This document shows, in pieces, positions 19,018 to 27,157 of a DNA stretch of 64,000 nucleotides; position 1 is the first letter of the stretch; the number at the start of each line of letters is the position of its first letter. The stretch is taken from the sequence record MK962756, one strand, 5' to 3'. Made by a program: the position numbers and the translations under genes. Below the pieces are notes generated by a model that saw only the letters and a program-made list of their open reading frames with translations, was not told the origin of the DNA and made no database searches. Source of the DNA: Shigella phage JK42.

Positions 19018-19206
19018 TTATCGAAAATCTGCTTCGAAAACTTTCTCGTCATTAACAAATGCTTTAACTAATGCTTTGTTCACTTCAGCAAGTTGTACCG
19101 TAACCCACTCGATTTCTTCGCGATCACCTGATAACATGATATCTTTAGTGAACATCTCACCGCTTTTAAACCAACCGATAAAAGTAACTTTAGTTAATTT
19201 GCTCAT
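19018..19206 (-). CDS. dmd: Dmd-like antitoxin (discriminator of mRNA degradation)
   Basis: ...VTFIGWFKSGEMFTKDIM...AEVNKALVKAF... resembles remembered T4 Dmd; start taken at the internal ATG overlapping the upstream stop (ATGA). Confidence 0.55.
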   Translation of the reverse strand: MSKLTKVTFIGWFKSGEMFTKDIMLSGDREEIEWVTVQLAEVNKALVKAFVNDEKVFEADFR

Positions 19207-19520
19207 ATTTCCTCGCAAAATGCCCATTCAGCGTGATAAACTGTAGCGCCTTTAGTATCATTCATTTGAACTACATCTACCGGAGAAATTACTCGATAGA
19301 GACGTGGTTCACCTCCATAAGAGCGTGCTGCTCGTCCTGCATAAATCTTTGCTAAACCGATATCTTCAGTAAAGAATACACGATCCAAGTTTTTCTTACG
19401 TCCAGTTTCAGACAGAACTCCTGTTTCTTCAGGAGGACAAAGCATGTTTTCGATGTTAGCTGAACTACTTGAACCGTGATAAAAAATCTTAAATTCTGCT
19501 TTACAATCGATGGTTTTCAT
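19203..19520 (-). CDS. hypothetical protein
   Basis: 105-aa ORF with early promoter upstream (~19543-19583). Confidence 0.45.
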   Translation of the reverse strand: MKTIDCKAEFKIFYHGSSSSANIENMLCPPEETGVLSETGRKKNLDRVFFTEDIGLAKIYAGRAARSYGGEPRLYRVISPVDVVQMNDTKGATVYHAEWAFCEEI

Positions 19521-19575
19521 TTTGTTCTCCAGTAGTTGATAGGTCTATAATAACACAACTACTGGAGAAGTAAAC

Positions 19576-19950
19576 TTAAAAACGTAATTTAGATATATCC
19601 GCGTTGATTTCGTTTTGGTTTGCGTCGTATGCAATTAAACGAACCGCTTTAGATGGGTCATTCAATGCATAGAAATGATGGAACATTGCTCGAACGATAT
19701 CACCATTTACGAGTTCTACCTGGATAGGAGAACCTTTTTCGAGTTGGAAATGTTCATAAGCTTTGATGGTTCGTAGATAATCAAGTTTTTGATTTCCAGC
19801 TCCAACTATTTGTACGATACGTTTGCCTGTGTTTTCCATACGAGATACAATAGTTTTAGGAGCAAGAATAACGTAGGTTGCCAGCGGAGAAACTACTTCA
19901 ACAGTTGTGTTTTCGGTGATTGCAGTAAAAATTGCTTGAGACATATTCAT
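19576..19950 (-). CDS. hypothetical protein
   Basis: 124-aa ORF with early promoter upstream (~19979-20010). Confidence 0.5.
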   Translation of the reverse strand: MNMSQAIFTAITENTTVEVVSPLATYVILAPKTIVSRMENTGKRIVQIVGAGNQKLDYLRTIKAYEHFQLEKGSPIQVELVNGDIVRAMFHHFYALNDPSKAVRLIAYDANQNEINADISKLRF

Positions 19951-20015
19951 AATGTTTTCCTCTTGGTTTGTGTAAGTACATCATATCATGCCTAGAGGAA
20001 GATGTAAACCCCGAA

Positions 20016-20033
20016 AGGAGACCGAAGTCTCCT
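20016..20033. terminator. hairpin AGGAGAC-CGAA-GTCTCCT; T-tract follows on the plus strand
   Basis: 7-bp stem; plus strand continues TTTTTATT (canonical for the plus orientation); minus strand continues UUCGGGGUUU (weaker); immediately 3' of gene 41. Confidence 0.4.
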
Positions 20034-20038
20034 TTTTA

Positions 20039-21481
20039 TTAAAATTTTAACTCATTGGCTAAGCTATCTAGGTCAGCACGTGTTGCTTTGGCTTTACCTA
20101 CGCGTTCCGTACGATTCACCTCTGCCTGACGCATCTGAGCACCTGCGTTTTCATTTACTGTGTTAGGTGTGTTCATGCCTTCTTGCTCAATCTCAACCCA
20201 TTTCTGATTGCCTTTACGTACACCCATCAGGAATTTATTCCACTTATTCTTATCGCCGTATCGTGATTTGATTTGTTTGATAAGTTGTTGTTCAGCTTGT
20301 GCAAGTTCTTCGGTTTCAATTACAGCCAACATGAAATCTGCCGTTGCTGGTAAACCTGCTGATTCTGCGATATCACTCATGTTCATGTCTGAAGCATCCC
20401 ATGCTGCACGTCCTACTTGAGCTGCAGTCCATAGAACTGTTTCAGATTCTACTGCTAATGCACGAAGTTCTTCTGCGATAGCTTTAACTAATGTGTAGCT
20501 ATTTTCAGTGTAAACTCTGATACGACAAGACCCACAAATACCTAAGTAATCAACCATGATTACAGATGGCACAAAGTTCTTCTTAAGTTTTAACTCATTA
20601 AGCAATGCACGGAATGTATTAGCATTAGCTCCGCCAGTAGGATACTGTTTAACTACTAAACGTCCTAATGTTGTTTTTGAACGCCATTTTTCCATCTTGG
20701 CTTTATATTCAGCATAAGATACGTTACCATCATCGATATCATCGAGTGATACGTCAAGCATGTTTGCATCTATACGCTTAGCACAAACTTCTTCAGCCAT
20801 TTCCATGGAAATATAAAGAACATTATGCCCTGTTTGAAGATAATCTGCAGCAAGTGAACAAAGGCCTAAAGATTTACCGACGTTAACACCAGCCATTAAA
20901 ACGTTTAGTGTACCGGTTTCAGCACCACCTTTAGTGATTTTATTCAAAATGTTTAATTTGAACGGGACCTTACGTGCTTTATTTAGATAAGAAAGCCAAC
21001 GTGCTTCATAGTCTTCCATCCAGTCATGCCCAACATAACTATCGAACGAAATTGAAAGTGCTTGACGCATAATATCAGGAATAGCTCCTACGTCAGGCAT
21101 TTTCTTGTTACGTTGTTCTGGAGGTAGTTCAGCATTAGACTGAATCTCAATGATTTTGGATGTAGCATTATACATCGCTTTTTGCTGGACATATTTCTCA
21201 GTTTCTTTAACCAACCATTCGTGGTCTTCAGGAGTATCAGCCAATTTTTCAATTAGGTCTGAAGTTCCTTTATATTCGGCTTCAGTTAAAGAACTGTTAT
21301 CTAAAGCCACCTTTAACGCATTGATAGATGGCATTGCATTATATTCGTTAACGTGGCTCTTTATAATTTTAAAGACATTTTTTGCCGGTCCACGCTCAAA
21401 ATACTCAGAATCCATATAAGGCCAGACCTTAGAAAAATAAGCCTGGTCGTATACTAGATGAGACAAAATAATTTCTACCAC
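20039..21481 (-). CDS. 41: replicative DNA helicase (DnaB-like)
   Basis: 480 aa; MVEIILSHLVYDQAYFSKVWPYMDSEYFE... matches remembered T4 gp41. Confidence 0.92.
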   Translation of the reverse strand: MVEIILSHLVYDQAYFSKVWPYMDSEYFERGPAKNVFKIIKSHVNEYNAMPSINALKVALDNSSLTEAEYKGTSDLIEKLADTPEDHEWLVKETEKYVQQKAMYNATSKIIEIQSNAELPPEQRNKKMPDVGAIPDIMRQALSISFDSYVGHDWMEDYEARWLSYLNKARKVPFKLNILNKITKGGAETGTLNVLMAGVNVGKSLGLCSLAADYLQTGHNVLYISMEMAEEVCAKRIDANMLDVSLDDIDDGNVSYAEYKAKMEKWRSKTTLGRLVVKQYPTGGANANTFRALLNELKLKKNFVPSVIMVDYLGICGSCRIRVYTENSYTLVKAIAEELRALAVESETVLWTAAQVGRAAWDASDMNMSDIAESAGLPATADFMLAVIETEELAQAEQQLIKQIKSRYGDKNKWNKFLMGVRKGNQKWVEIEQEGMNTPNTVNENAGAQMRQAEVNRTERVGKAKATRADLDSLANELKF

Positions 21482-21490
21482 GATAACTCC

Positions 21491-21853
21491 TTAAAAGAAT
21501 TTAAATTTTTTCTTGGTTCGTTCATTAAAAGCTTGTTGTACTTGCATTGTAACACATTTTTCAACGTGTGGTGCAAGTTCTGCTTTTCTGTCCTGGTCAA
21601 GAACTGCAAAGTCCATTACGATTTTACCATCAACCCAGTCTAGTTTTGTAATATAGACTATATGATGGGAACCGTCTTCAAGTGTAATCAGAATCTCTTG
21701 AATGACATTTTCCATTGCTGAACGGATAATTTTAAGAGATTCATTAAACACTCGTTCTTTGCGAATGTCTTCCCCTTCCGAAGAAGGGGATTCATCAACG
21801 ATTTCTAGATTTAAATCATCGAGATTATTCATCGAAATCTTCCATTTCGTCAA
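21491..21853 (-). CDS. 40: gp40-like protein (by position)
   Basis: 120 aa between 41 and uvsX as in T4; no motif confirmation. Confidence 0.45.
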   Translation of the reverse strand: MTKWKISMNNLDDLNLEIVDESPSSEGEDIRKERVFNESLKIIRSAMENVIQEILITLEDGSHHIVYITKLDWVDGKIVMDFAVLDQDRKAELAPHVEKCVTMQVQQAFNERTKKKFKFF

Positions 21854-22997
21854 GGTCGTTTTCTATATCTGCTGCAGATGGAGCATCAGAAGTTTTAACC
21901 GGAACTTTAGTTGTTGCTTTGCAATTAATAAGGTCGTTAACAGCGTCATCAACTTCTTTAATAGAAGAGATAGCACCTAGTTTATATTTAGTTTCAATTG
22001 CATCTCGGAAAGGTTTGTGTTTAAACAAAGGTCCCCAGAATTCTACACAATCAGTAGCTTTAGCACGCCATGATTTCTCTTCACGAATCATTTCACCTGT
22101 TTCTTCGTCAAGGAATTCACGAGCATACCACCCAGCTTTAGGCTTAACTACAAAACCAATTTCAGTTGCCATTTCTAACAAGCCACTGAATGGGTCGATA
22201 CCACCATCAAAATTAACTGTGATTGGGAAAGTAGATTTCTCTTTAACTGTACGAGATTTTTCTGCTTTCAGTGTGAAATCGTACCCAGTCAATTCTGTAC
22301 CTTCTTTAACCTGACGTTTAGAGATAAAGAATACAGTGTTAGCCGAGTAAAGAATACCTGTACCACCGCCCATAATCTCTTTAGGATACAATCCGCCGAT
22401 TTCCATTGCTGTATGGTTAATTGCAACACACGGAATATCTTTAATAGTCAGATAAGGAGTCACAATGCGGAACAAAGATTTAAGTGCCTTAGCACGAGAC
22501 ATATCACCTACAACTTTCTCGTTCAACGCATCTTCGGTTTCTTTCTTAGATGCAGTATTACCGATTGAATCGATAAAGATAATAACTTTATCACCGCGTT
22601 CAATCGCGTCAAGCTGATTAGTCATATCAACTTTAAGTTGTTCGACAGATTGAATCGGAGTATGAACTACACGGTCTAAATCAACACCCATTGAACGAAA
22701 ATAAGATTCTGAAGCACCGAATTCTGAGTCATAAAACAAACAGATTGCATCTTTATATTTCTTCATATATGCTGCAACCATGGTCAGCCCAAACAATGTT
22801 TTAAAGTGTTTAGAAGGAGCAGCAAAAATAGTTAAGCCTGATTGCAACCCGGCATTCAGTGCACCACCTAGTGCAATATTCAACATCGGAATACGAGTAG
22901 GGACTTCATCACGATTATTAAACAGCTTAGACTTAGTCAAGTCTGCAGTCATTTTAGAAGTAGAAGCTTTAATCAGACGAGATTTTAAATCAGACAT
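21825..22997 (-). CDS. uvsX: UvsX recombinase (RecA-like)
   Basis: 390 aa; MSDLKSRLIKASTSK... and ...GWYAREFLDEETGEMIREEKSWRAK... match remembered T4 UvsX. Confidence 0.92.
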   Translation of the reverse strand: MSDLKSRLIKASTSKMTADLTKSKLFNNRDEVPTRIPMLNIALGGALNAGLQSGLTIFAAPSKHFKTLFGLTMVAAYMKKYKDAICLFYDSEFGASESYFRSMGVDLDRVVHTPIQSVEQLKVDMTNQLDAIERGDKVIIFIDSIGNTASKKETEDALNEKVVGDMSRAKALKSLFRIVTPYLTIKDIPCVAINHTAMEIGGLYPKEIMGGGTGILYSANTVFFISKRQVKEGTELTGYDFTLKAEKSRTVKEKSTFPITVNFDGGIDPFSGLLEMATEIGFVVKPKAGWYAREFLDEETGEMIREEKSWRAKATDCVEFWGPLFKHKPFRDAIETKYKLGAISSIKEVDDAVNDLINCKATTKVPVKTSDAPSAADIENDLDEMEDFDE

Positions 22998-23095
22998 TGT
23001 ATTTTTCCATAGGCATCATTATATTTTACTCATGTTTAAAAGATAAGATGATTATATACTAAGGGTTATACAGCATTTAAAACTTTAAATGGCTC

Positions 23096-23644
23096 TTAAC
23101 GAGCCCATTTGATAATTTCTGTAATCAAATAATTACGTTCGCTTGCATTAAATCCTATAACTTTGTTAGCACCATCATGATTAAGTAATTGATACGTTTG
23201 GATTTTGTTATGAATTGCAAACTCTTCAAAATGTGAAATGACTGTATTAAAACCGAATGAAGACAAAGTAATAAGGTCGTCTTCAAAACTTTCAGTCATT
23301 TCGTTACGTGTTAAAATAATTGTGAACACATCATGGTTTTGGCAAAGACGAACATAGTCCTGTTCATAAACGTCAAGAATCGAGTCCGCATCTTGTCGAA
23401 TACGTCCATAAACCCAGTTACTAATATATCCACGGTCTAACAGATAAATCTTAGTAGGGTCTAAATAATTCAACATCGTTTCGAAACAGCCAACTTCATT
23501 TCGAGACTTAACATCGAAACGTCCATCAACTGTTCGTTTAGGGAAATCAATCTTTACATATCTTTCACTAATTTCCATTATGTCATTAATGAAAGTTGTT
23601 TTACCAGCATTATCCGGGCCATCTACTAAAATAATTTTAGCCAT
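23096..23644 (-). CDS. P-loop nucleotide/nucleoside kinase-like protein
   Basis: 182 aa; Walker A ILVDGPDNAGKTT in the thymidylate-kinase/deoxynucleoside-kinase style; occupies the T4 beta-gt locus. Confidence 0.5.
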   Translation of the reverse strand: MAKIILVDGPDNAGKTTFINDIMEISERYVKIDFPKRTVDGRFDVKSRNEVGCFETMLNYLDPTKIYLLDRGYISNWVYGRIRQDADSILDVYEQDYVRLCQNHDVFTIILTRNEMTESFEDDLITLSSFGFNTVISHFEEFAIHNKIQTYQLLNHDGANKVIGFNASERNYLITEIIKWAR

Positions 23645-23645
23645 T

Positions 23646-24545
23646 TTATTCCTCGATTACGACATCTTCATATTTAGGTATATTATACGGCGAAGAAATT
23701 AAAGCATTAAAGTAGATGAACTCACCAAGACCTGGATGGAATACTTCTTCAGGATTTTCGAAATATTGAATTTTCGGACGTCCTTTAAGAATTTGATAGT
23801 ACTCAGTTTTAGTTGGTTTAAAAATTCGAATCAGCGCTTCTTCAGGATACTTATTTCTGTCGAAGCTATTATTTGGATCGGTTATATAAAGCGGTTGACC
23901 TAATTGAATTGCGCATTCAACAACTTGTTCAAAACGATAGCATGGGTCACTAATTCGAAATGGATGAAAAATACCATCTAGATGAATAGGAGCCAAATCA
24001 CCTACAAGACGCTGCATGATGGAAGGACGTATAACTTTCTGCGTTACGATAATCTTATTACCATCTGCACCAGCGTTAACCAGCACTTCTTTTTGACGTT
24101 CATTCAACACAGTAGTTTGAAGTGAACGATTAACCGACAACATATCGGTTTTTAAGAATTCGTCAATATAAAAACGTGGTTTATTAGGGTCTGCAGTGAT
24201 ATTGAAATTGAATTCCACATCAAAAGCGCCGTCATATCCAGTGATATCTGTGATTAGAAAATCACAATCATAATAAGCAATTAATGAATCAACCACAAAT
24301 TCATTTTCAGACCAGAAATATTTACGAGTGTTATACGCGTTATCTTTATACCATAATGGAACAAACTTAAATTCTGGAAAAAGACGTTCGCATTCTTTAA
24401 TATCAGATGCATTACGTGGATATGTAATCACATCACCCGGATTAGCACGGTGCAAATGAAGTTGGAAGTTGCCATCCTTAAGGATAGCATACTGTCCAGT
24501 TTCATAAGACCGCATACTCAAGATAGGTACGCGGAAAATAGCCAT
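23646..24545 (-). CDS. hypothetical protein (beta-gt positional replacement)
   Basis: 299-aa ORF between the kinase-like gene and gene 42; no recognisable motif. Confidence 0.5.
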   Translation of the reverse strand: MAIFRVPILSMRSYETGQYAILKDGNFQLHLHRANPGDVITYPRNASDIKECERLFPEFKFVPLWYKDNAYNTRKYFWSENEFVVDSLIAYYDCDFLITDITGYDGAFDVEFNFNITADPNKPRFYIDEFLKTDMLSVNRSLQTTVLNERQKEVLVNAGADGNKIIVTQKVIRPSIMQRLVGDLAPIHLDGIFHPFRISDPCYRFEQVVECAIQLGQPLYITDPNNSFDRNKYPEEALIRIFKPTKTEYYQILKGRPKIQYFENPEEVFHPGLGEFIYFNALISSPYNIPKYEDVVIEE

Positions 24546-25261
24546 TAGTCAAGGAATCCTTTAACATAATCAAAATCACGTTCAAACACATGGGCACTTA
24601 CCATGGTATGAGTATAATCACCAACTTCTACACCACATTCATTAGCGATATAATGAAGTAATTTTCCTTGGAGATAAAAATCCAACTGCATAACAACAGC
24701 ACAGTTCTGAGAACGCATATGACAGTGGGTATAAAGCTTACCATCACGAATATAATAAGTCACTGAGTCAGTACATGGATATTCAAGCGTTTCGTCCGAA
24801 TCAAGCAAAGCCTGATCAGAACTTTCTAGAATTTGGAACACAACTCTTCGAGAGTTAGGCTTCTCTTTAAGTTCTTTTAGAAGAGCTGGTAATTGAGCCG
24901 CAATGCGAGGACCATAGAAAGTGTTGAAGTTCGCCGGCAAAACATCTGATTTTGGTTTAGAAATAAATTTAGCGACATTAGGATATGCCTTAAACGCTTC
25001 TTCTGCGTTGGTACCACCAGAAATCATAAACTTCCAGAAGTCTTCGGCATATTCATAAGAGATGCGGTTAATACGTGGGTCGGTCATTTTGAATGATGAT
25101 GGAGTGTCAACAACTACTGTCATAGACCCAATTTCATTACAACGTCCAATACGAGAATCAGTTACGAATTCCGGGTTTTCTAAAATTTCACGATTGACTG
25201 CTTTAAATGCGGTTTGAAAATCTGCGGCTTTGATATATTTCATTGTGTTATGTTTTCCCAT
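24545..25261 (-). CDS. 42: dCMP hydroxymethylase (thymidylate-synthase fold)
   Basis: 238 aa; SRRVVFQIL...YPCTDS...YIRDGKLY...HMRSQN aligns by eye with the T4 gp42 / thymidylate synthase active-site region. Confidence 0.7.
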   Translation of the reverse strand: MGKHNTMKYIKAADFQTAFKAVNREILENPEFVTDSRIGRCNEIGSMTVVVDTPSSFKMTDPRINRISYEYAEDFWKFMISGGTNAEEAFKAYPNVAKFISKPKSDVLPANFNTFYGPRIAAQLPALLKELKEKPNSRRVVFQILESSDQALLDSDETLEYPCTDSVTYYIRDGKLYTHCHMRSQNCAVVMQLDFYLQGKLLHYIANECGVEVGDYTHTMVSAHVFERDFDYVKGFLD

Positions 25262-25302
25262 GTTTACCTCAATACAATTATTATATACTCAATTCGTAAA
25301 GC

Positions 25303-25542
25303 TTATTTGAATTTCTTGGCAATGTTGATATAACGTAAAGCTTCAGCATCGATACTTCCAAGAACACTATGAAGAAATGCATCAGCGTAGTATTCCAATT
25401 GAACAGGTTCTTTAATCACTTTAGCCGCTTTAGTTTCAAACAGGCCCATCAGGGCCTTTTTAAGAATTTGTTCATTAGTGTTCAGTTTCATAGTCAAAAT
25501 CTCTTCATTAAGTTGGTGGTTAAAAGTTTTTCTAGAAATCAT
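25303..25542 (-). CDS. hypothetical small protein
   Basis: 79-aa ORF. Confidence 0.4.
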   Translation of the reverse strand: MISRKTFNHQLNEEILTMKLNTNEQILKKALMGLFETKAAKVIKEPVQLEYYADAFLHSVLGSIDAEALRYINIAKKFK

Positions 25543-26714
25543 TCCGGGTACCTCAAAGCGTCATCAGAGTTAGTTATATCAATAATAGATATAGAGTTTT
25601 CTGCTAACCCGTTTTTAGATAATTGACGTTTATAATATCTTTCACAATATGTACACGTCGTCCCGCAGATTTCATTAGCACAATCGAAATCTGGATGTCT
25701 GAACCACCTTTTTTCTAAAAAGCCATCTAACAAAGAGGTTTCAATATTTACTGTATGTGAAAACTCAGTTTCGTTTTCAAGAGTGAAAATAGTCTCTAAA
25801 GGCTTCCACAGTTCTAACAAATTACCTTCAAACTTTTCAGAAGCGTATGCTTCAAGAACTTTCAAAATGTAGTCTGTGCTACCTGTACGTCCTGAAACTT
25901 TGAATTGAGTGATACCAATATCATTATAAAGTTTCAAATCTTGAGGACGAACAAAACGAGTTCTCAGCCAGTTAAATGGGTCTGTATCACGAGCTTTAAT
26001 GCAGTGTTGCATTGGATATCCATTTAAGGATTTAGCATCATCAGCGGTAACATCAGTACTATGGAAAATATAGCAAGAGTCACGATAGCTACAATGTGTT
26101 GTATACCCTTTACCAGCATTAGAACAGAACTCATTTACAAGAACTTCAAATATTATATTGTTCTTATTGCAAAACTCTGCTGCACGCTTCAGGAAAGAAA
26201 CTGAACGGTTCTTATGAATTCCACAGCAGACCTTTTTGATATTATATTGGTCATGCAAGTATTTGATTTGAGTTACAGCATCGACATGTAGAATTGTTGA
26301 AACTTCAATCTCAATGTCTTTATTGACTTCACGAACAATTTCCATAACAACAGGGTTAGCGATAGTAATACGCCATACGCCTATTGACCAAAGATACTGA
26401 ACATAATCCTGAATAGCTTTCTTCTTCCACTCAACTAGTTCTCTTTTTGAACCAGGATTTATCGTGTTGAGTGTATAGTTAAAGCAAATACCTAATTCGT
26501 TACAACGTTTAACGTAATCTTCTAACATCTTTTTGTCAACGTCAGGAAGCCTAAAATCAGGTCTGGCTGCTACAAAAGCCATTTCTCTTGTAGAGCCGTA
26601 TACTTCGTTTATCAAGCTATTAGGATAAGTTTTATTGAGCTCTACGATTTTATCAAGAAGAGCTAAATCAAAATTCGTTCCGATTTTAAAAGTATTCATT
26701 TTTTTGCATCTCAC
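25539..26714 (-). CDS. Cys-rich protein with C-terminal CX4CX3CX2C cluster (possible Fe-S enzyme)
   Basis: 391 aa; ...FCSNAGKGYTTHCSYRDSCYIFH... and ...DFDCANEICGTTCTYCERYY... ; the CGTTCTYC segment fits the CX3CX2C pattern with an aromatic residue before the last Cys. Confidence 0.45.
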   Translation of the reverse strand: MRCKKMNTFKIGTNFDLALLDKIVELNKTYPNSLINEVYGSTREMAFVAARPDFRLPDVDKKMLEDYVKRCNELGICFNYTLNTINPGSKRELVEWKKKAIQDYVQYLWSIGVWRITIANPVVMEIVREVNKDIEIEVSTILHVDAVTQIKYLHDQYNIKKVCCGIHKNRSVSFLKRAAEFCNKNNIIFEVLVNEFCSNAGKGYTTHCSYRDSCYIFHSTDVTADDAKSLNGYPMQHCIKARDTDPFNWLRTRFVRPQDLKLYNDIGITQFKVSGRTGSTDYILKVLEAYASEKFEGNLLELWKPLETIFTLENETEFSHTVNIETSLLDGFLEKRWFRHPDFDCANEICGTTCTYCERYYKRQLSKNGLAENSISIIDITNSDDALRYPE

Positions 26715-26755
26715 GTTAATTGATGCGATGGTTTTTGCAGGTCTTACTTAAATTA

Positions 26756-27157
26756 TTATAGATTTGGTTTATATGATTTAAATGTTTCGAATTCGCCTTT
26801 ATTCATAAGAGCTTTGAATTCATCAGGACGCATAGCTTTGTCGTCGATAATCCAATCATATACTGGTTTATGTGTTAGCAAATTATGGTACTTCAAACCA
26901 ATGTTTTCCAAGTTCTGAATCAGACTTGGGAGAATGTCAATTGCTATACGACCAGGACCTACTGACTTCATACCACGAGCAGTGTAAAGCGTTATGGTAT
27001 GCCCTGCATCATACAGGGCATTAATGGCAGACACCATTTCGACGTCTGGTTTGAAGTTCACGTAATCACGATTGTTATTCCATTCCGTGATGCAATCATC
27101 GACATCAAAACAAAGATTAAGCATGTTTTCTACACGGTGCATTAGATTCGTTCCCAT
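26756..27157 (-). CDS. HAD-superfamily phosphatase-like protein
   Basis: 133 aa; motif I-like FDVDDCIT, later T, K and IIDDK acidic motif. Confidence 0.5.
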   Translation of the reverse strand: MGTNLMHRVENMLNLCFDVDDCITEWNNNRDYVNFKPDVEMVSAINALYDAGHTITLYTARGMKSVGPGRIAIDILPSLIQNLENIGLKYHNLLTHKPVYDWIIDDKAMRPDEFKALMNKGEFETFKSYKPNL

